Positions 59,174 through 64,000 of a stretch of DNA of 64,000 nucleotides are shown here, one piece after another (position 1 is the stretch's first letter; every line of letters starts with the position of its first letter). The notes beneath the pieces are model-generated. The model was not told where the DNA came from and ran no database searches. It worked only from the letters and a program-made list of their open reading frames with translations. The position numbers were made by a program, and so were the translations under genes. This DNA comes from Blepharisma stoltei ATCC 30299 (Eukaryota > Protista > Ciliophora): positions 124,001 through 188,000 of the forward strand of contig CBFDEM010000044.1 of assembly GCA_965603825.1 (NCBI GenBank), written 5' to 3'.

Positions 59174-61957
59174 ATGCAGGTCACTAAACTTATCCATCAA
59201 GATAAAGAAACTCTATGAGATTACAAATGGCATAAGGCACCACTAGGAGTAATTCACCCAGAGCACACTCCTGTAATCAAAGAAGACCCAACTGGCGACT
59301 TTTCTGATTTAGCTATAACAGCAGTCCCATTAAGGCCGCACGAAAGAAGTCCTCGCCATATCGAGCTTCCAGAGCACCTACAAAAGCTTGACCCTACCAG
59401 TCTCAAAATGTACCCAAAACAGCCTCGTCCTGAGTCAGCAAAATCTTCAAATATCAATAGAAATCCTAGAGATATAGGAAACGAGATGCTAACAGGAATT
59501 CCAAAGGCCCAAGAGCAGCGCAAAGCCTTTGCACGGTTATCACTAATAGCTGGAAAAGATTTAAAGAATAGCGTTTCTGACATGAAAACAAAAATTCAAA
59601 AAAATAAAATTGATGACAATACAAGAAGAAATCAAAAAGAAAAAATTCGATTTGAAGCCAAAAAAGCAATAGAAATGGTCGATGACGCATTTATTAGCTC
59701 AAAAATGACTGATACTGAGTTCAAAAAAGTAAAAGCAGAGCTTGAACATATTAGGACTGCATATGATGGACAAGTTTGGAAACAAAAAATAATCGCAAAT
59801 TTCTTATCGTTAAGAATGGGCACTGACTTTGATTTAAAAGAATTATCAAGAATGTTCGCAGAGCTTCAGGTTCAGCGTGAAAGAGAAGTCATCACAATTC
59901 AGCAGTTTATTCTAAGAATAAAAGAAGTTTCAATACAAAAAACAGGCGCCTTTGCCCCTCATGTAAAAATGGAAGATTTAAGCCAAATTATAGGGGGTTA
60001 TTCATATGAAGCCCAAAAAGTTGAAAGGGACATCCTCATAAATTATCTTGAAAAAGTAAAAATCGAGCTTAAAAAGTCCCTTATGGAAAATGAAATAGTA
60101 GAAAGCATCCCAATCGCGACTTTAGAAGCAGCTTTAGCTTCAATTTTCGCTAAATGGGAACGAGAAAAAGAGTTGATTTGAACTTTCACTCAAGATATAA
60201 CCAGAGCATTTTGCGAAGAATTTAACCTTAGCAATGATGATATTTATTCTGATAAAATGAATAAGAAAAAACAGTTAGAAATTAGAGTAGTCGCTGAGTT
60301 CATTAGCCAATATTTAGATAATCTGCATCTTAGCATTGAAAAAAAAATCAGGGAGCTGGAACAAATAAAATATAAAATCCAATATGGAAAAGAAATGCCA
60401 AAATCCTGAAGTGAAGTCATAAGGGAAGGAAAAGAAAGAAAAATTATTGAGGACAAAGAAGCTTGAATGAAAAAAGAAGAGGAAGAAAAAAGGAAAAAAA
60501 TCGAAGAAAGCAAAAATACGAGGTCTAGGACTAGGCCTGCAAGTGCGAAAAATAAATATGACCCAAAGAAAAGTATTGAAGAAGCCAAGAAAAAAGCAAG
60601 GTCAAATGTAGGGAAAAACGCGTCGAAGTTTACAAGTCAACAAGAAGAAGAAAAAAGGAGATTCGAAGACAGTAAATTGTCATCAAGAAATTCTAAATTT
60701 AGCCAGAGCATTTTGAGTAAGAAAAATCCATTAGATTCTTCAGATTCTTTCAATAAATCAGCAACTGATGAAATGGATGATATCATTTCTGGTTTAAATC
60801 CTCCTAAGCCTACCACAAATACTTTATTTAGAAGTATGACACAAGCTGAAAGCTCATCAAGGCCTGAAACTAAAGTTAATGAGCAAGAAGGCCAAAAATT
60901 ATCAAATCGCTATGAGGGTTCTAATTTAGCTCGGTCTCAAAGTGACGTTTCTGGAATCAGCAAAACTGGCAAATCTTGGGGAATTCTGAAAAACCGTGAC
61001 CAATCTCTAGAAAGGATTGAAGAAGAAGGCAAAAGTTCTCCAGACACTTTTAATAAAACCAAAGGAAGCACCGAAAACAGTCCTTCTATGAGCAGATTTA
61101 AATTGCATGACAGTCCATTTTCAAGCATTGACCTTTCAATTCCCAAAAAGAAAGTTACAACCGACAGAGAAGCTTTATATGAGAGCATTTCTCAGCTTGA
61201 CTACGGCCGAGATATTTTTAAGCCCATCACCAGATCTGAGCTTATAAAATCAGGAAAAACTGAATATACTCCTTATTTAGACTCCGATGGGTCTGTTTTC
61301 GATCCTAATGAAAGATTTGGTAAAGATGTCCCAATCGAGCCAGAAAAGCCATTAATTGACCCACGATATGTAGAAGGGCTCGCTAAAAGTGCCCCACAGC
61401 CTGACGAAAACTGATTTATTACTTCTCATCACCTTAGATCTGTCACAAATCACCCGCTTTCCATTAATGATGATCCAGATTACTATAAATATCAATTAGA
61501 AAATCAATACATAAAATCATCCTCTACAAATTATAATGGAGACCTAAGGGAAAACGCAATAGGACAACTAGAACAAACTTTAGCTGATCTTAAATGTGAG
61601 TTAAATGAAAGAAAGCGCCGGGCATATGTAGACTCAATTAAATTGGAGGAAAAACCATTAGGCTGGGTCGCAAAAGCAGCTGAAAATGTCTCGTATGGCT
61701 TCACAAATATCGAAAAAGACGCTCTTGTATACAATACTTATGAGTCTATTCTGAGAGAGCTTCGACAAAGGGAGAAAGACCTGCTTAACGTCCGGAGAGC
61801 TGAAGCTTATGACATTCATCGACCTCCTCAAGAGAAATGGTATGAAATAAAATCTGCGGAGTTCGCATCTGAGATGCATAGGCACCGAATGTCACTTAAG
61901 CCAAACGATGAAAATCGTAAGTTCTTAAATACATTGATAATACCAGACCTTTATTAA
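59174..61957 (+). CDS. Hypothetical protein (~927 aa), coiled-coil and S-rich
   Basis: ATG 59174 in frame with ORFs 59408, 60467 and 61643 via five TGA; ends TAA. Confidence 0.78.
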
Positions 61958-61993
61958 TCCTTTATCTAAATTTCAATGGTCCATTAAAATTAA

Positions 61994-62455
61994 ATGACTG
62001 AAGCAACAGTAACAACTCAAGCCTTCTTTGGGTTTATGGGAGTATCCAGCGCTCTAGTCTTCGCTAACTTAGGAGCAGCCTACGGGACAGCCAAAAGTGG
62101 TGTCGGAATCTCATCAATGGGTGTAATCAAGCCAGAACTCATCATGAAGTCAATTATTCCAGTAGTCATGGCTGGTGTCTTGGGGATTTATGGGCTTATC
62201 GTTGCAGTCATCTTGGTACAGAAGATCAATGACAATGATTATAGTTTCTATGATGGATACAAACACTTAGCCTCTGGACTTTGTTGTGGACTCAGCTCTC
62301 TGGCAGCTGGAATGGCAATCGGCATAGTGGGAGACGCAGGAGTCAGGGCAAACGCACAGCAAGACAAGATATTCGTAGGCATGATTCTGATACTCATCTT
62401 TGCAGAAGCCTTGGGTCTATACGGCTTGATTATAGCTCTAATCTTATCGCAGTAA
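61994..62455 (+). CDS. VMA3: V-type H+-ATPase 16 kDa proteolipid subunit c
   Basis: [51 protein letters not shown] with the essential Glu. Confidence 0.97.
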   Translation: MTEATVTTQAFFGFMGVSSALVFANLGAAYGTAKSGVGISSMGVIKPELIMKSIIPVVMAGVLGIYGLIVAVILVQKINDNDYSFYDGYKHLASGLCCGLSSLAAGMAIGIVGDAGVRANAQQDKIFVGMILILIFAEALGLYGLIIALILSQ

Positions 62456-62826
62456 TAGCAATTATGAGTTAGAATATAAACATTAAATTAAGCATCAAAT
62501 GAAGAACATTTCTGTGATAATTGGCATGAATTGTATAAGTTTTAACTATAAACAGTTCAGCAAATACCTGGGGAAGCAAATAAACTAATTGTTGTTTAAA
62601 TAGCTATTTCATTATATTATTTTTAATTTTTGGGTCAGAAGATTTTGCGTAAGCTATTTTTTGTTATCTAAATGTTTTCCATAAATAAATCTATTTCAGA
62701 ACAATTTTCATTAAAAACTATTATAAAATGATAAATTCCCCCATAATCAGTAGAACTATTATCTAATTCTATAACGAATACCTATTTCTCACACAAAACG
62801 ACTCCAATTATAACCAAACATTTAAG

Positions 62827-63441
62827 TTAAAACATTGTTGAATATTCAGGGTATTCCTGCGCATACTGATCTATTGGTTCTGGATAATAATTTTCTTGAA
62901 TAAAAATTGGCCTATCTGTATCCTCCTCACTTTTTCTTTCCATTGTCAGTTTTCCAGTAGTCGCAGGCTCCTGAATATTTTCGCTAACCACATCTTTTTC
63001 TTCTTCCTGCATTTCTTCAACCTCAAACTCGTCAAACTCTTCTTCAATTTTCGCATTTCTCGCTTGTGCTCTTCTATAAACGACTAAAAGTGCAAACGCC
63101 AGTGCCAACATTGCTATACCTTTGAGTATCATTGGCAATTGTGAAGGTTGCTTCCATAAGAGCTCCATTAGCTGCTCATTATTTATGTGATGGGAAAGTC
63201 CTGATGCATTTAATGCAGTTCCAAAGGTACTTGAGCCTAAGTGCCTTAAAAATTTCCAGGAATATTTGATTATTAGTTTTGAAAATTCCAGAACAGGAAT
63301 ACTTGAATACAGGATTTGTACAACTCGACTGAGGCCTTCCATAAATGAATGAACGTCGACTGCAAAGTTATTAGGCTGATTAGGTTGTGGTTGGTTTGTT
63401 TGTGGTCTCATATATCTCGTATTGTACATACCGTAGTTCAT
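62827..63441 (-). CDS. Hypothetical membrane protein (204 aa); weak resemblance to peroxin Pex13 N-terminal layout
   Basis: Y/G/M/N-rich N-terminus, amphipathic helices, one TM (ILKGIAMLALAFALLVVY), acidic tail; the family guess is weak. Confidence 0.6.
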   Translation of the reverse strand: MNYGMYNTRYMRPQTNQPQPNQPNNFAVDVHSFMEGLSRVVQILYSSIPVLEFSKLIIKYSWKFLRHLGSSTFGTALNASGLSHHINNEQLMELLWKQPSQLPMILKGIAMLALAFALLVVYRRAQARNAKIEEEFDEFEVEEMQEEEKDVVSENIQEPATTGKLTMERKSEEDTDRPIFIQENYYPEPIDQYAQEYPEYSTMF

Positions 63442-63508
63442 TTCTTTTTATTATAATGTCATCAAATTTTTAAAATAAGCAATAAATTTACTAAATCAAT
63501 GAAGAATT

Positions 63509-64000
63509 TTAAAATAGTAAGCAGCGAGATTCAGATTTCGCATTTTTTGGAGTACACCAAAAACTGCAACCTGTGAAATTGCTTTCTTTTTCTAAAAGAA
63601 TAGGTTCTGTTATATGAATGGGCTCATGAATCTCTATGGACTGAATCATATCACTTTTTTCATCTATTTGTTCAGCCTCTTCATATGCTTTTTCTTCTTC
63701 TTTTTTATAGATTTCAATCTGGCTTGTATCAGGCTGCTCTTCTTCATATACATTTTCTGGCTCAGTTGATGTATGTCTCCTCTTGCTTTTTCTCTTTTTC
63801 TTCTTTTTCTTAGGCACTTCTTCTACAACAATATCATACACTTCTGGGTCCAGGCTTTTGTCAACTGGGTCGTCTTCAGGGGCAGAAAAGTTTATAGGGT
63901 TTTCTCCTTCATATATCTCTTTGCCTTGATACTCATAAAATTCAGGCTCCCTATGCTTTTTTTTGCTAGGCTCATGATATTTTTCAAAGGATTCATTATT
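63509..64000 (-). CDS. Hypothetical protein, 3' part, ending in CaaX (CLLF)
   Basis: Frame open from the window end to TAA at 63509. Confidence 0.65.
   Translation of the reverse strand, partial: NNESFEKYHEPSKKKHREPEFYEYQGKEIYEGENPINFSAPEDDPVDKSLDPEVYDIVVEEVPKKKKKKRKSKRRHTSTEPENVYEEEQPDTSQIEIYKKEEEKAYEEAEQIDEKSDMIQSIEIHEPIHITEPILLEKESNFTGCSFWCTPKNAKSESRCLLF

Noticed and set aside
1812-62455. Endolysosomal gene cluster (two Rabs, Rav1, PLD, TBC1D5-like, V-ATPase c)
   Set aside because: Spread over 60 kb among unrelated genes from large families; chance is sufficient.
1-64000. Mitochondrial or Mycoplasma origin for UGA=Trp
   Set aside because: Genes are eukaryotic nuclear (Rabs, kinesins, importin), with spliceosomal introns and a Pol III-type tRNA.

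Overview
Gene-dense, AT-rich eukaryotic nuclear DNA, almost certainly the macronuclear genome of a heterotrich ciliate of the Blepharisma type (organism is an inference). In-frame TGA repeatedly sits at conserved Trp positions while every gene end I could resolve is TAA/TAG (UGA=Trp). Eleven 15-16 nt GT..AG spliceosomal introns with an invariant A at position 10 are needed to complete genes. The supplied standard-code ORF track is therefore fragmented. Re-read with UGA=Trp and tiny introns, the window holds about 37 protein genes plus one tRNA-Gly(TCC). These include two Rabs, a cyclophilin, Rav1/DMXL, a Whirly-domain protein, PX-PH phospholipase D, a MARCH E3, PLAC8, PCMT, an Unkempt-like protein, a four-domain Cav-type channel, an RNAi RdRP, two kinesins, a TBC1D5-like GAP, an FG-GAP membrane protein, a PH protein, a multi-KH protein, DNA ligase I, an importin-alpha-like protein and V-ATPase subunit c. 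Most notable: a plant-type Whirly protein hidden by a UGA and an intron; a hidden RING-IBR protein with a possible degenerate PARP domain; a channel with eroded voltage sensors and an altered selectivity filter; an N-acylated Rab5b/ARA6-like GTPase; genes packed 9-14 nt apart; strongly gene-specific UGA usage; and sub-kilobase flips in G/C strand skew inside single genes. No CRISPR array, telomere or transposon was seen. All calls are by eye, without database searches.
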